DNA of 64,000 nucleotides from positions 1,376,001 through 1,440,000 of the forward strand of contig CAWGMQ010000008.1 of NCBI GenBank assembly GCA_963823665.1, written 5' to 3'. Numbering within the stretch: position 1 is the first letter of the stretch; each line of letters opens with the position of its first letter. Origin of the DNA: an uncultured Planctomycetota bacterium. Lineage in GTDB: Bacteria; Planctomycetota; Planctomycetia; Isosphaerales; Isosphaeraceae. The notes beneath the pieces were generated by a model. That model did not search any database. It saw only the letters and a program-made list of their open reading frames with translations, and was not told the DNA's origin. A program made the position numbers and the translations under genes. Below are positions 20,567 through 31,420 of this stretch, piece after piece.

Positions 20567-21784
20567 GTGCCTGCCTCTGCCCGCCGCGACATCGTCCACG
20601 AGGAGTGCGTCGGCGTTTATCACTGCATCGCTCGGTGCGTCCGCAGAGCTTTTCTTTGCGGCACCGACACCTACTCCGGTCGTGATTACTCTCACCGTAA
20701 GGCCTGGATTCTCGATCGGCTGCGCCACCTCGCCGGACTCTTCGGCGTTGAGGTGTGCGGTTATGCCATTATGAGCAACCATCTGCATCTCGTGCTTCGC
20801 AATCGACCGGACAGTGTCGAGCAGTGGTCCGACGCTGAAGTCGCGCTGCGCTGGCGCAAGCTCTTTCCGCAACGCGACGAGGTTACCGGCGAGCCGGCGG
20901 AGCCCGATGAGAACGACTTGGCGATGCTCATGGCCGACGCCGACAGGCTGGCGATCCTGCGCGGCCGGCTGTCGAGTCTATCGTGGTTCATGAGGTGCTT
21001 GTGCGAATGGGTCGCCCGGGCGGCCAATCACGAAGAGAAGTCCGCCGGCAGATTTTGGGCCGGCCGGTTCAAATCGCAGCCGCTTCTCGATGAGGCAGCG
21101 CTTCTGGCTTGCAGCGTCTATGTCGACCTCAACCCGATACGGGCCGGAATCGCCAGTACGCCGGAGGAATCGCAATTCACGTCGGGGTGTGACCGCATTC
21201 TGAGCTTCGCCGGACCTCCGGGTGGATTCCATTCATCGCACGATGAGAGCTCGGCCGAAACTTCTGATCGCCCGGATCCCTGGCTGTGCGAACTGACGTT
21301 GCAGGAGACGGAGGTCGTTTCCAGAACGGGGCAGTCCGGAAGCTCGCCGGCTGAAGCGATAGAAACGGTTCCGCCGCGCGAACCGATCGCGAGCAACCAT
21401 GAGGATGGCGCGGGACGTTCGGCACCTGCTCGCTCTTCGGCCGCGGTCTCGGCCGTGCCGCGACAGGCGGAGTCGAAACGGCCGCTGCCTGCGCGGGCGT
21501 CGGATCAAGGGTTTCTGCCGATCGAGACCAGAAAGTACGTCATGCTGCTCGATTGGACGGGCCGAGAATTGAGGCTGGACAAGCGTGGGGCGATCCCTGA
21601 AGACCTGGCTCCGATCCTGGACCGGCTGGGAGTGGACCGATCGAATTGGGTGGACACGGTGCGTGACTTCGGTCGCATGTTCAAGCAAGCCGCAGGTCGA
21701 GCGAGCTCGCTTGTGCAAGCTGCGCCGCGTTGCTCGCGGCGCTGGCTTCAGGGGAAGGCGGCCGCGCAAGTCGCGTTTCTGTAA
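20567..21784 (+). CDS. Y1/HUH transposase (RAYT / IS200-like)
   Basis: 'YHCIARCVRRAFLCG', 'YAIMSNHLHLVLR' (HUH), 'FWAGRFKS', 'YVDLNPIRAG' (catalytic Tyr). GTG start follows GGAG. Confidence 0.9.
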   Translation: MPASARRDIVHEECVGVYHCIARCVRRAFLCGTDTYSGRDYSHRKAWILDRLRHLAGLFGVEVCGYAIMSNHLHLVLRNRPDSVEQWSDAEVALRWRKLFPQRDEVTGEPAEPDENDLAMLMADADRLAILRGRLSSLSWFMRCLCEWVARAANHEEKSAGRFWAGRFKSQPLLDEAALLACSVYVDLNPIRAGIASTPEESQFTSGCDRILSFAGPPGGFHSSHDESSAETSDRPDPWLCELTLQETEVVSRTGQSGSSPAEAIETVPPREPIASNHEDGAGRSAPARSSAAVSAVPRQAESKRPLPARASDQGFLPIETRKYVMLLDWTGRELRLDKRGAIPEDLAPILDRLGVDRSNWVDTVRDFGRMFKQAAGRASSLVQAAPRCSRRWLQGKAAAQVAFL

Positions 21785-22119
21785 GTGAGTGGCTTGCTCG
21801 TTAGCGCTGGTCGTAGCGGCAGACGCTGAATTCGATTGGATTCGAGGCGGGTGAACGTCGTTCCGTTCGACCGCGCGGCGAGCGACGAAGCAACGCCGTC
21901 GATATCGAGCGGTTCGCAGCAACCGACGCGTGGAAGCGCTGGCGATTTACGCAAGCGCATACGCTCGCTGGCCGAGCGTGGTAGAGTACGTGCTGCACGC
22001 TTCGTCTGCCGCAATGCCGCGGGGCACCGAGCAATTGCGGGGTGCGAAACAATGAGAGTCACGCGAGCCTGGCTTCACAAGGAACCCGCTCAAGAGGGTG
22101 GGTGTCTCGCTTCCTCTGA

Positions 22120-25100
22120 GAAAAATCCGGACAATCAGACGGCGACTATCACCTACGACAGCTTTGGCCGGATGAGCAGTGAAGAGGTTTACGGCGGCCT
22201 CGCGACTTTTACGCTATCGCCGGCTGAGGAGGCGGGCCTGGTTGCCGCTGGCGGCACGACCCCGCTGGTTTACCCGTCAAGTTTCATCGGCCACATCACC
22301 GATGCCGACAGCGCGACCACAACCGTACTATTTGATGGCATGGGCGGAATCCTCACCGAAACCGACGGCCGGGGCAACACCACGACGATCACCCGCAACA
22401 GCCACGATCTGCCGACGGTTATCGTCGACCCGCTCAGCCGCACCACGACCATCGCGTATGATTCATCAGGAAACCCAACGACGATCACGCAGGCTGACGG
22501 CGCCACCGAGACGATCCTTTACAACGACAACTTCGGCATCCCGACCTACGTCGTCGACTTCGATGGAAACGTCACCAGCTACACGCTTGATTCGAATGGC
22601 AACGTCACCAAGCGAACCGACCCCGATGGCCAGAGCGAAAACTATACGTACAACTCAGCCGGTCAAGTGCTCACCGATACCGATCCGCTCGGGAAAACAG
22701 TTACCTACGCCTATAACGGCCTCGGCCAATTGACTTCGCTTACCGAGCCCGGCACGTCAATCGCAACCATCCAATATGCGTATGACTCCGCCGGCGATGT
22801 CACCCAGGTGACCGATGAAGTCGGCGATACGATCACCTATACATACGACGCGATGGGCCGCCTGAAGAGCGAGCAAAACCCAGTGCAGGCTGCCGCAAGC
22901 AAGGATGTTGCCTACTCGTATGACGCGGCAGGCAATCTGACTTCGGTGACCGACGCCCTGGGCCACACTGTGACGCTCACCTACAACGCAAACAACGAGC
23001 TGGTCAGCGTGCGGGATGCGCTCAATCATATCGTTACCTATGGCTATGACGCGGAAGGAAATGTCACGACGGTGGAGGACGCGCGGGGGTACACCACAAC
23101 CTACGCTTATGACCTTGATAACAATCTGATTTCGGTCACCGATCCCTTAAATAATATCAATACATACGCATATGATGCTGATAACGAAGTCGTGACAATG
23201 ATCAATCCGAATGGGGGGGCGACGACTTACACGTACAACTCGCTGGGCGAGCTCTCCACAGTCGTGTTGCCCGGCCAATCGGCGCCAACGTCATATACAT
23301 ATGATGAGAACGGCAACGTACTCAGCATCACCGACCAGCTCGGCGACAAGGCAGTTTACACGTACAACAACATGGGCTGGCAATCAACTGAGACGGTCTA
23401 TCCCAATGGTAGCACTGCCGAGACGACGACATTCAGCTACGATTACGACGGTGATCTTACCGCCGTCACCGACGGTCTCTCGCACACCACTTCGTTTGCC
23501 TACAATTCCAGAGGCGAGCTGGTCTCCGAGACCGAGCCCACTGGAGGCGGGACCACGACTTACACGTACGATCTCGCTGGACGAACAACCTCTCTGACCG
23601 ATCCAGACAATAATATCACGACCTGGACCTACACGCAGGCCAACGAGGTGGCGACCGAGATCAGCCCGCTGGGTCACCCGACGACCTATAGCTACGACCT
23701 CAACGGCAACGTGACCAGCGTGATTGATCCGAATTCGCATAAAATTACGTATTCGTACGACGCAGACAACGAGGAAACCGGCGAAACGTGGGTTAACCCC
23801 GGTGTGGGCAGCCCGCTCAACTTAGTAACGGTCAGCTATGACGCCGACGGCGATATCACCCAGATCAAGGACGCCAACACAAATTATCAATACACTTACA
23901 ACGCCGACGATGAGGTGAGCACGTTCGCCGACAACGGCACCACCGGCCTGCCCCTGGTCACGCTGACGTACGGCTACGATGGCGATAACAATGTGACCAC
24001 CGTCTCCGATAGCCTGGGCGGCCTGACCACCTACACCTACGACGCGCGTGACGAACTGACCAACGAGAAGTTCACCGCCAGCGGCCTTTCCGACGAGGCG
24101 GTCTCCTACGCCTATGACGCCGCCGGCCGCCTGACAGGCCTGACCCGCTATTCCAACGCCGCCGAGACGACCAAGGTCGCGGCAACGGCATACTCATACG
24201 ATCACGCCAATAGAATGACCGGCATCGTCGACTCGAATTCTACCGGCACCACGCTCGTCACCTACGGCTACACCTACGACGCCGCCGATCGAGTCTCGCA
24301 GGAACTGCGGACATGGGCCTCGGGCGGCTCGTCCGACACGGTGACTTACTCGTACACGAACAACAACCAGTTGACCGGCGTGACGCACTCAAACGGCTCG
24401 TTCTCGAACGAGAGCTTCACATGGGACAGCAACGGCAATGAAACCGGCTCCGGCTATACGACCGGAACAGATAACGAGCAGACGGCTTCGCCCGGCTATA
24501 CCTACACCTACGACAACGCCGGCGAACTGACCTCCGAGACGCAGACATCGACGGGTGATGTGTGGACGTACGGCTACGACTTCCCCGGCCGCATGGTGAC
24601 CGCGGTCGAGAAAACCTCCGGCGGTACGACACTCGAGTCCGTCACGTACACCTACGATGCGCTCAACAACCGCATCGGCATGGATGAAAATAGCACGCAG
24701 ACGTGGACGCTCTATGAGCGCGGCAATCCGATGATGGACTTCAATAGCTCCGGTTCTTTGACAATGCGGTATTTGTGGGGACCGACAGGAATTGTGGCCC
24801 GTCAGACATCCGGCGGCACTGTCTCGTGGTACCTTGCCGACCACTTGGGCACGATCCGCGACATCATCAACAACTCCGGAGCGATCATCGACCATGTGGA
24901 TTTCAGCGCGTTTGGAACAGTTCTTGGAGAGACGAGCCCGACGAGCGGCGACCGGATGACTGGCTTTGCAATGCTGGAGCGAGATTCCGTCACCGGGTTG
25001 AATATGGCGGTGTATCGTGAGGAGAATCCGGGGACTGGGCGGTGGGACAGTCAGGATCCGCTCGGATTCCGAGGGGGGTACAGCAATATGTACTCGTACG

Positions 25101-25687
25101 TTGGCAACGGTCCGCTGTCATACATCGATCCAGGCGGGCTCAGGCCCGTGTACCCGAAGCCTCCAACCGACCCAGAGTGCATTGCCCTGGCCCGAAAAAT
25201 CGTGAACGTGAGGGCAAAGATAAACGAGCGACTCTCGGAGTATCGAGAGGACGAGGGAGACCTTCCGGAGAGATGCCCGAACGATAAATTAAAGCCGAGT
25301 GGTAGTAGGTGGGGGCACCGAATGTTGATTAACAAGGACAGGGCGCTACTCGCGGAGCTCGAAGCTGAGTACTGCTGGAAATGCACGGGAACACAAGGAG
25401 CTCCGGTTTCTCCGCCGCCTGTGGTGCAGCCAGCACCGCAGACACAGACACAGCCCCAGCCACAAAAGAAAAAGCCTTTTAACTGGGTTGACTTCGGTAC
25501 CGGTGTCGTATACGGCGTGGTCGCCGGGGGTGGCCTTATTATTTTGGGCGGCGTAGTCATCGGCGGAACTATCATCGAGGACGTTGGGACCGGGGGGGTG
25601 GGAATTCTCGACGATCCGGTCACCATCGGTGCCGGCGGCGGGCTAATCTGGAAGGGGTTTCAGATCCTTGCAGGCGCAGGTACATAA
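22120..25687 (+). CDS. RHS/YD-repeat polymorphic toxin, 5'-truncated
   Basis: Dozens of YD repeats. The core ends 'GRWDSQDPLGF...YVGNGPLSYIDPGGL' at about 25140 and is followed by an ~180-aa variable tip. The upstream part of ORF 21836 is transposon tail sequence. Confidence 0.9.
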
Positions 25688-26208
25688 CATTACCGCGATG
25701 CCGCGAGCAGCTTTTCACGGCGCGCGGCCAGGCGCAAGACTGGAATGCGTGAGGCGATTAAGGAGCTTAAAGCTTATGGTGGTAGCTTGAATGCCTATGA
25801 CGCAGAACACCGAATGCAAGAGGCGCAAAAGAGCCAGATGGCGAACATGGAAAAGACCAAAGCTCAAGCGGCGGCCGACCACGAAGTCACTGATGCCAAA
25901 GGGCAGGTAAAATTCACCGGCGAGGAAAAGAACATCAAAATTCAAACCGTGGGCGTGGGAACGATAACCGGCACGCAGCAGGCAATATAAAGGTTATCGC
26001 GGAAAACCGCCGTTCAATAAAGAATGTCATGCGGAACAAAGTCCCGTACAATAACCTTCTGGCGTGGGGTATTGAACATCCTCTACGCTGACCCCAACTA
26101 TACCTTTTCGCGGGGATATGCAAAAAACCCTATCAGCACGAAGTGTCGCGTCGGCATTTCCGCCGCCTGTCTCGGAAAAGCCAACAGGCGGGTACGAGGG
26201 CCAAACCA

Positions 26209-26799
26209 GTGGACGACCTTGAGTTTATAGCTCGTGTCGCGAGCGCGATATCCAACCGCGATAAGAAAGAGCTGGAATCGTGTGTCGACGAGTTCGCGGA
26301 GTATTGCTTCGAAGAGCAGGCACCTAGTGAAAAGGAACTGTCTCAAGCGGTCTTCGATTTCATCGTTGGCCGAATGCGCGACGAGTCCTTCCAATTGATG
26401 GACGGATCATGGTTTCTTCTCCGACTTGTGCAGACGGACTTCGGTCGGCTAACGAACGGCCAGAAAGCCGCGCTGCTGGTCTGCTTCAGGGAGACCTACG
26501 CCAAGTTCAGGGATTTCATGTCCTGCTTCCTGATTTCCGAAATACTTGGGAAGTATTACTCCGACGCGAATGCAGTCGAGCTCCTGGAAGACCTGAGCCG
26601 TGTCGGGGCTGATGCCCCGCGCGCGTTGGTCCCGATGGGACTTGGTTACGTTGCGAGATCGGCGGATGGCGACGTTTCGAGCAGAGCCATCGATTGCTTG
26701 CGGAGGATGAGGTTGGACGAGTCCGCCGAGGTCCGCGCGGAAGTCGAGCTGGCGCTGAGAAAATTGCGGACTCGAGGGATTTTCACCGACGGTGAGTAA
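26209..26799 (+). CDS. Putative immunity protein (helical, HEAT-like C-terminus)
   Basis: GTG start after GAGGG, downstream of the RHS gene. 'RMRLDESAEVRAEVELAL' is HEAT-like. Confidence 0.55.
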   Translation: MDDLEFIARVASAISNRDKKELESCVDEFAEYCFEEQAPSEKELSQAVFDFIVGRMRDESFQLMDGSWFLLRLVQTDFGRLTNGQKAALLVCFRETYAKFRDFMSCFLISEILGKYYSDANAVELLEDLSRVGADAPRALVPMGLGYVARSADGDVSSRAIDCLRRMRLDESAEVRAEVELALRKLRTRGIFTDGE

Positions 26800-26955
26800 A
26801 AGAAATGAAATCTTGGTCAAAGCCCAACGGGTTCCATGCAGAATAGCACTATGACTTTCAGCTGCGCCAAGAAGATCACACATCGGTAGGTTATTGCTTT
26901 TCAGTTCCTTAGCGTACTCTTTTTCCGTTCTGAGGAATCACCTCTTAAATGCCCG

Positions 26956-27426
26956 CTACCACTGACCCCCGCCCGGGCCGATGGTGATGCGGGTAATGAC
27001 GATGGCTTTCCGGTCGAGGAACGTCCGGTCGGTGGGCGTTTCGCGCAGCCAGGGAATGCGGTGACGCCGGAGGTTGTGGACCAGCTCGAGCAGCCGGCGG
27101 CCCTCGAGCACGACGTCGGTGACGCCAGCCCCGACGAAACGTAAGGAAAGCGTTCGAGCTTTCGTCGGCGATGCCGGAGCATCCAGGCGCACGCGCACCA
27201 GGTCGCCGTAGGCGAACAACTCATAGCGCTGATCGCGGAGGATGACACAGAGCATGGTTTCCGGCTTGTTGCTGATCCGCCCGCAGGCAAGGTAATCGTC
27301 GCCCAGCTCGGGGAGGGCGTCCTCACCATCCGGCGCTTCCCTGTAGCCTTTCTCGAGGCGGCCATCCAAATCAGCGGCGTCGCCGGCGGGCCTGGGCATC
27401 TCGACCACATTGCCCTCAGCGTCCAT
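26956..27426 (-). CDS. Hypothetical protein coupled to the relaxase remnant
   Basis: AAGGAG ribosome-binding site. The start overlaps the relaxase stop. Confidence 0.55.
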   Translation of the reverse strand: MDAEGNVVEMPRPAGDAADLDGRLEKGYREAPDGEDALPELGDDYLACGRISNKPETMLCVILRDQRYELFAYGDLVRVRLDAPASPTKARTLSLRFVGAGVTDVVLEGRRLLELVHNLRRHRIPWLRETPTDRTFLDRKAIVITRITIGPGGGQW

Positions 27427-28038
27427 GGTCATCTCCTTGACCGCGATCACCAAGCAGCCGCCGAGCGTGTGCCGTCCCCACCGCCCGGCGCAGCGGAGCG
27501 GGAGGGGCGTCCCAGGCCTCCCGCAGACGCGCGGTGAACTCCCGGCGCCGACGGTGCTCACGATATACCCCTAAGGGATCAGGCCGGACCGGCTGGGGGA
27601 GGGGAGGCGGCACCAGGTCGAGGGCGGCTTTCTTGGCCGAGCTATACCGGATGGCATCGCGCACGGCATCCGCCTCGTCGGTATAGAGCCGGAGCTGCTC
27701 GCGGGCCCGCGACGCCGAGACGTACATCTGCTCCATGTTGATCGCCGGCAGGGAGGCCGAGGACATGCCGAGAATGACCCGCTGGACGGTACGGCCCTGG
27801 GAACCCATGGAAGTCTCGACAAACCCGCTGCGGAAATGCCCGGCATCCTTGCTCACCACCCAGCCGTTCTCCAGGCGGATATTGCCGCCGGGGGTGAAGC
27901 CGGCGACCGTATGCACGTCGCCATTGCGGAGCTTGTGCTCCCCCTCATGAGTAGTCACGGTGCCGGTGAAGCGGATGACGTCATCCTCGGCCAGGGCGAT
28001 CGCCTCGGGCCGGTAGAGAGAAAACCGCCCGGCCTGGT
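27416..28038 (-). pseudogene. MobF/TrwC-type relaxase-helicase, C-terminal remnant cut by IS66
   Basis: 'HFRSGFVETSMGSQGRTVQRVIL...MYVSASRAREQLRLYTD' matches helicase motifs V/VI of TrwC/TraI. The N-terminus is missing. Confidence 0.75.
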
Positions 28039-28122
28039 GTAACCGTCCGGTGAAGTGCATCTTTATCCGGGCGGGGGTTGGTGTCAGGATAAGCCGGTGC
28101 CCTCACGCACCGGAGTCCACGC

Positions 28123-28518
28123 ATGTCCCGCGCTATTCCCAAATGCGATTGGTCAGCCATACTGGCTGACTTCCACCGCTCTGGTTTGACCCAAACTGAG
28201 TTTTGTCGCCGCCGTCATATCTCCGTCAGCTCCTTCCGCAGTTGGCTATACGGTCTCCGTGGCGGATTTCCTACCGCCGGCCCCTCGGAAAGCCGTCGCC
28301 CGGCGCCGGTCTCTGCCCCGGCGAGCTCCGCGCTCCCCGCCTTCCTTCCTGTGCTTGTCCGTCCCCAATCGAGGGTTTCTACGGCCGACCCCCACGTCTC
28401 CCATCCACCCGCCTCGCTCGAGCTCGTCGTGAGTGAACGACACTTCGTCCGCATTCCACCCGGCTTTGATCCGGCGACCCTTCATCAACTCCTCGACGTC
28501 CTGGAAGATCGGCCGTGA
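28123..28518 (+). CDS. tnpA: IS66 accessory protein TnpA
   Basis: 'SGLTQTEFCRRRHISVSSFRSW' HTH and 'IPPGFDPATL'. Confidence 0.85.
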   Translation: MSRAIPKCDWSAILADFHRSGLTQTEFCRRRHISVSSFRSWLYGLRGGFPTAGPSESRRPAPVSAPASSALPAFLPVLVRPQSRVSTADPHVSHPPASLELVVSERHFVRIPPGFDPATLHQLLDVLEDRP

Positions 28519-28895
28519 TCAACTTCCCACCCACAGTCCGCATTTTCTTGGCCGTTGGGCCAGCGGATCTCCGGAAGGGATTCGACGGCCTCGCTGCCCT
28601 CACCTCTTCGACCATCGGCTTGGATCCCCTCTGCGGCCATCTCTTCGTCTTTCGCAATCGGCGGGGCGATCGCCTCAAGATCCTCTACTGGGACCGCGAT
28701 GGCTACGCGCTCTGGTACAAGCGGCTCGAGCGAGGCGTCTTCCGCTTCCCTCAACCCACGGCGAACCGCATCGAAGTCTCGCCGGCCGAGATGGCTGCCA
28801 TCCTCGCCGGCATCGATTTACGCACCGCGGGCCGCCAGCGACGCTACACTTTGCCGGCGCCCATCCCCATCTCGCAGGCAGATGCACTCGTATAA
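28515..28895 (+). CDS. tnpB: IS66 accessory protein TnpB
   Basis: 'DLRKGFDGL...LFVFRNRRGDRLKILYWDRDGYALWYKRLERG'. Confidence 0.95.
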   Translation: MINFPPTVRIFLAVGPADLRKGFDGLAALTSSTIGLDPLCGHLFVFRNRRGDRLKILYWDRDGYALWYKRLERGVFRFPQPTANRIEVSPAEMAAILAGIDLRTAGRQRRYTLPAPIPISQADALV

Positions 28896-28945
28896 TCTTC
28901 TGAGAATCTCTCGTCACATTGACGGCGGTCGACCGTAATAACGGT

Positions 28946-30508
28946 ATGACGACGGCGGCCGATTCACTCCCCACCGATCTGGAAACCGCCCATCAGCTCA
29001 TCCGCGAGCTCTTGGAGACGCTGCGCCAGCAGACCGTCCTGAACGAGCACCTCCAGCATCAGCTCGAAAAGCTCCTGCGGCGGATCTACGGCCCCAGGAC
29101 CGAAAAGCTCGACCCCAACCAACTCCTCCTTTTCGCCCGCGAGATCTTGGAAGCAACCGGAGTCGACCCCGCTGCGGCCCCACCGGCTGCCGACGCGAAG
29201 ACAACCGAGTCGGTTGGCCAAGCGGAACCAACCAAGAAGAACGGGCACGGTCGTAAGCCGCTGCCCAGGAGCCTCGAGCGCCGGCGCAAGGTCCACGACG
29301 TTCTCCCCGAACTACTCCCGTGCCCCGACTGCGGCGTCATCCGCACCGGCATTGGCGAGGAGGTTCGCGAGCAGCTTGAATTTGTTCAGGCCAGCTTGAT
29401 TGTGGTCGAGCATGTGCGGCCCAAGTACGCGTGCAAGGCATGCCAGGCCAACGTGATCATTGCCGAACGACTTCCTGAGCCGATCGAGAAAGGTTTGCCT
29501 GGCCCAGGGCTCATGGCCCAGGTGATCGTCAGCAAGTACGCCGACCATTTGCCGCTTTATCGGCAGGAAGGAATCTTCCGCCGTCACGGCGTGGAGCTGT
29601 CTCGTCAGACGATGTGCGATTGGATGGCGGTCTCTGCCGAATTGTTGGAACCGATCGTCGCGGAGATGCACTGCGAGATCCTCAAATCGCGGGTCATTCA
29701 GACTGACGACACGCCAGTACCCGTTCTGGACCGGAGTTTGGGGAAGACGCGGACAGGCCGGCTCTGGGACTACCTGGGGGATCGCGATCATCCCCACGTG
29801 GTGTACGACTACACGCCGGATCGCAGCGGCGAGGGACCGCAGCGGATGCTCGATGGTTATGAAGGCTACCTTCAAGCCGACGCGTATTCGGCCTACGACG
29901 CGATCTACGCCGGGAAGAAGATCATCGAAGTGGGGTGCTGGGCGCACGCGCGGCGGAAGTTCCACGAGTCCAAGTCGAGCGACGCGGTAAGGGCGCACGT
30001 GGCGATGGCCATGATTCAGCAGTTGTACAAGGTGGAGAAGGACACCAAGGATCAGGACGACGCGGCGCGCGGGGCATTGCGCCAGGAGCGTTCGAAGCCG
30101 ATCTTGAATGAGATCCACGCTTGGTTGTTACAGGAAAAGAGTCGCGTATTGCCCAAGAGTCCGATCGGCGAAGCGATCGGGTATGCCTTGAATCACTGGC
30201 AGGCGCTCGAGAGATTCACCGAGGCGGGTTGGCTGTCGATCGACAATAACGCCAGCGAGCGCGGGATGAAGCCGGTGGCACTCGGTCGAAAGAATTGGTT
30301 ATTCGCCGGGAGTGACGCCGGCGGCAAGACGGCGGCGACGCTGATGAGCTTGTGCATGACGTGCAAGAACGTGGGGGTGGATGCGTTTGCCTATCTGCGT
30401 GACGTGCTGGAGCGGATCAGCACGCACCCCGCGCGGCGAATCAGAGAGTTGCTGCCGGATCAGTGGAAGAAAGAACGGGTGGCAGCGGAGACGAAGCCGG
30501 TGGAGTGA
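28946..30508 (+). CDS. tnpC: IS66 DDE transposase TnpC
   Basis: 'CPDCG...CKAC' zinc finger, 'KYADHLPLYRQ', 'CWAHARRKF', 'IDNNASER', 'GRKNWLFAGS'. Confidence 0.95.
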   Translation: MTTAADSLPTDLETAHQLIRELLETLRQQTVLNEHLQHQLEKLLRRIYGPRTEKLDPNQLLLFAREILEATGVDPAAAPPAADAKTTESVGQAEPTKKNGHGRKPLPRSLERRRKVHDVLPELLPCPDCGVIRTGIGEEVREQLEFVQASLIVVEHVRPKYACKACQANVIIAERLPEPIEKGLPGPGLMAQVIVSKYADHLPLYRQEGIFRRHGVELSRQTMCDWMAVSAELLEPIVAEMHCEILKSRVIQTDDTPVPVLDRSLGKTRTGRLWDYLGDRDHPHVVYDYTPDRSGEGPQRMLDGYEGYLQADAYSAYDAIYAGKKIIEVGCWAHARRKFHESKSSDAVRAHVAMAMIQQLYKVEKDTKDQDDAARGALRQERSKPILNEIHAWLLQEKSRVLPKSPIGEAIGYALNHWQALERFTEAGWLSIDNNASERGMKPVALGRKNWLFAGSDAGGKTAATLMSLCMTCKNVGVDAFAYLRDVLERISTHPARRIRELLPDQWKKERVAAETKPVE

Positions 30509-30811
30509 CCGCGCTGGTCACGAGCAGAGAGCTTGCGCGCGTGCTGGTGCGGCCGGCGGTCGAGCGGGCCTGGATGCCCTCGGTGATCGGCCCCGAGCTC
30601 CCAGCGCGCGAAGCAAGTCGCGCGCCGGCCGCGCGCATTTAGCCGCGTGTACTCCACCGGACGGTTACACTGGAGCACGCGTTAACCGACGATTCGTCCG
30701 CCGAATCAACTTGAAAACGGAGGGGAACCAAGGGATGACGGGCCGGATGGCAAATCGCCCGTACTAATCGCTTGGTGATCTCGGACGCTTACTCGCGAAA
30801 GGAGAACTGCA

Positions 30812-31420
30812 ATGGGTTATTGCCTTTACGTGTTTGCGTCGGATTTCGACGATGATTCGGAGCCGGAGGAGCTGGCTGAATGTGATGTCGGGGACTTTTG
30901 CGATTTGGCTTTTTTCCACAGTTCCATCGACTGTAACCTGGGCGCTGGCCGGTACCCGACCTTGATGCGCCTTTTGGATAGCGATGCTTGGTTCCCGACG
31001 AGTGAGGTCCGAGCGGTGGAGCGGGAGCTTCAGGAGATCGCGACCGCATTTCGGGAGTTGCCATCGGAACGGATGAAGATCGCTTTTCAACGCGTCGCGG
31101 AGGCTCACACGGTAGCCGGGTCGCGTTGCAAGTGCGCTCTAGAACGCTTCCACGACCCATACGGATGCATGACCACATTTGAGTGGTCACCGAACGACAT
31201 CGGGCCGTTCGGGCGGAAGCTTCTAGAGATCGCAGCCGCGTTTCGCGAGTTGCCATCTGCAAGGACCGAAGAAGCCCTCAATGGCGCCTCCGAGGACGGT
31301 GTAGGGGGCGGGTCGCTTTACGATTGCTTCCGAGACGCAAACGGCGCGAACCTGTTCGAATGCCTGTTGAAACTTTGTGCGGTGGCAATTGAGCACGAGC
31401 GGCCAATTATTTTCACGTAG
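30812..31420 (+). CDS. Putative immunity protein (Imm70-like) with internal duplication
   Basis: 'FFHSSI...GRYPTLM...ELQEIATAF...LYDCFRDANGANLFECL' resembles Imm70 (from memory). RBS AAGGAG. Confidence 0.5.
   Translation: MGYCLYVFASDFDDDSEPEELAECDVGDFCDLAFFHSSIDCNLGAGRYPTLMRLLDSDAWFPTSEVRAVERELQEIATAFRELPSERMKIAFQRVAEAHTVAGSRCKCALERFHDPYGCMTTFEWSPNDIGPFGRKLLEIAAAFRELPSARTEEALNGASEDGVGGGSLYDCFRDANGANLFECLLKLCAVAIEHERPIIFT

Larger units (their letters stand above)
28039..30668 (+). mobile_element. IS66-family insertion sequence, complete (2630 bp)
   Basis: Terminal inverted repeats: left GTAACCGTCCGGTGAAGTGCA, right (reverse complement) GTAACCGTCCGGTGGAGTACA. Encloses tnpA, tnpB and tnpC. Confidence 0.95.

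Noticed and set aside
26000..26060. Deaminase toxin remnant ('ECHAEQ' in one frame)
   Set aside because: A stop follows within a few codons and no PCxxC motif is found. Too weak to call.
28515..28895. RNA-guided TnpB nuclease
   Set aside because: This is the unrelated 126-aa IS66 accessory TnpB, with no RuvC motifs.
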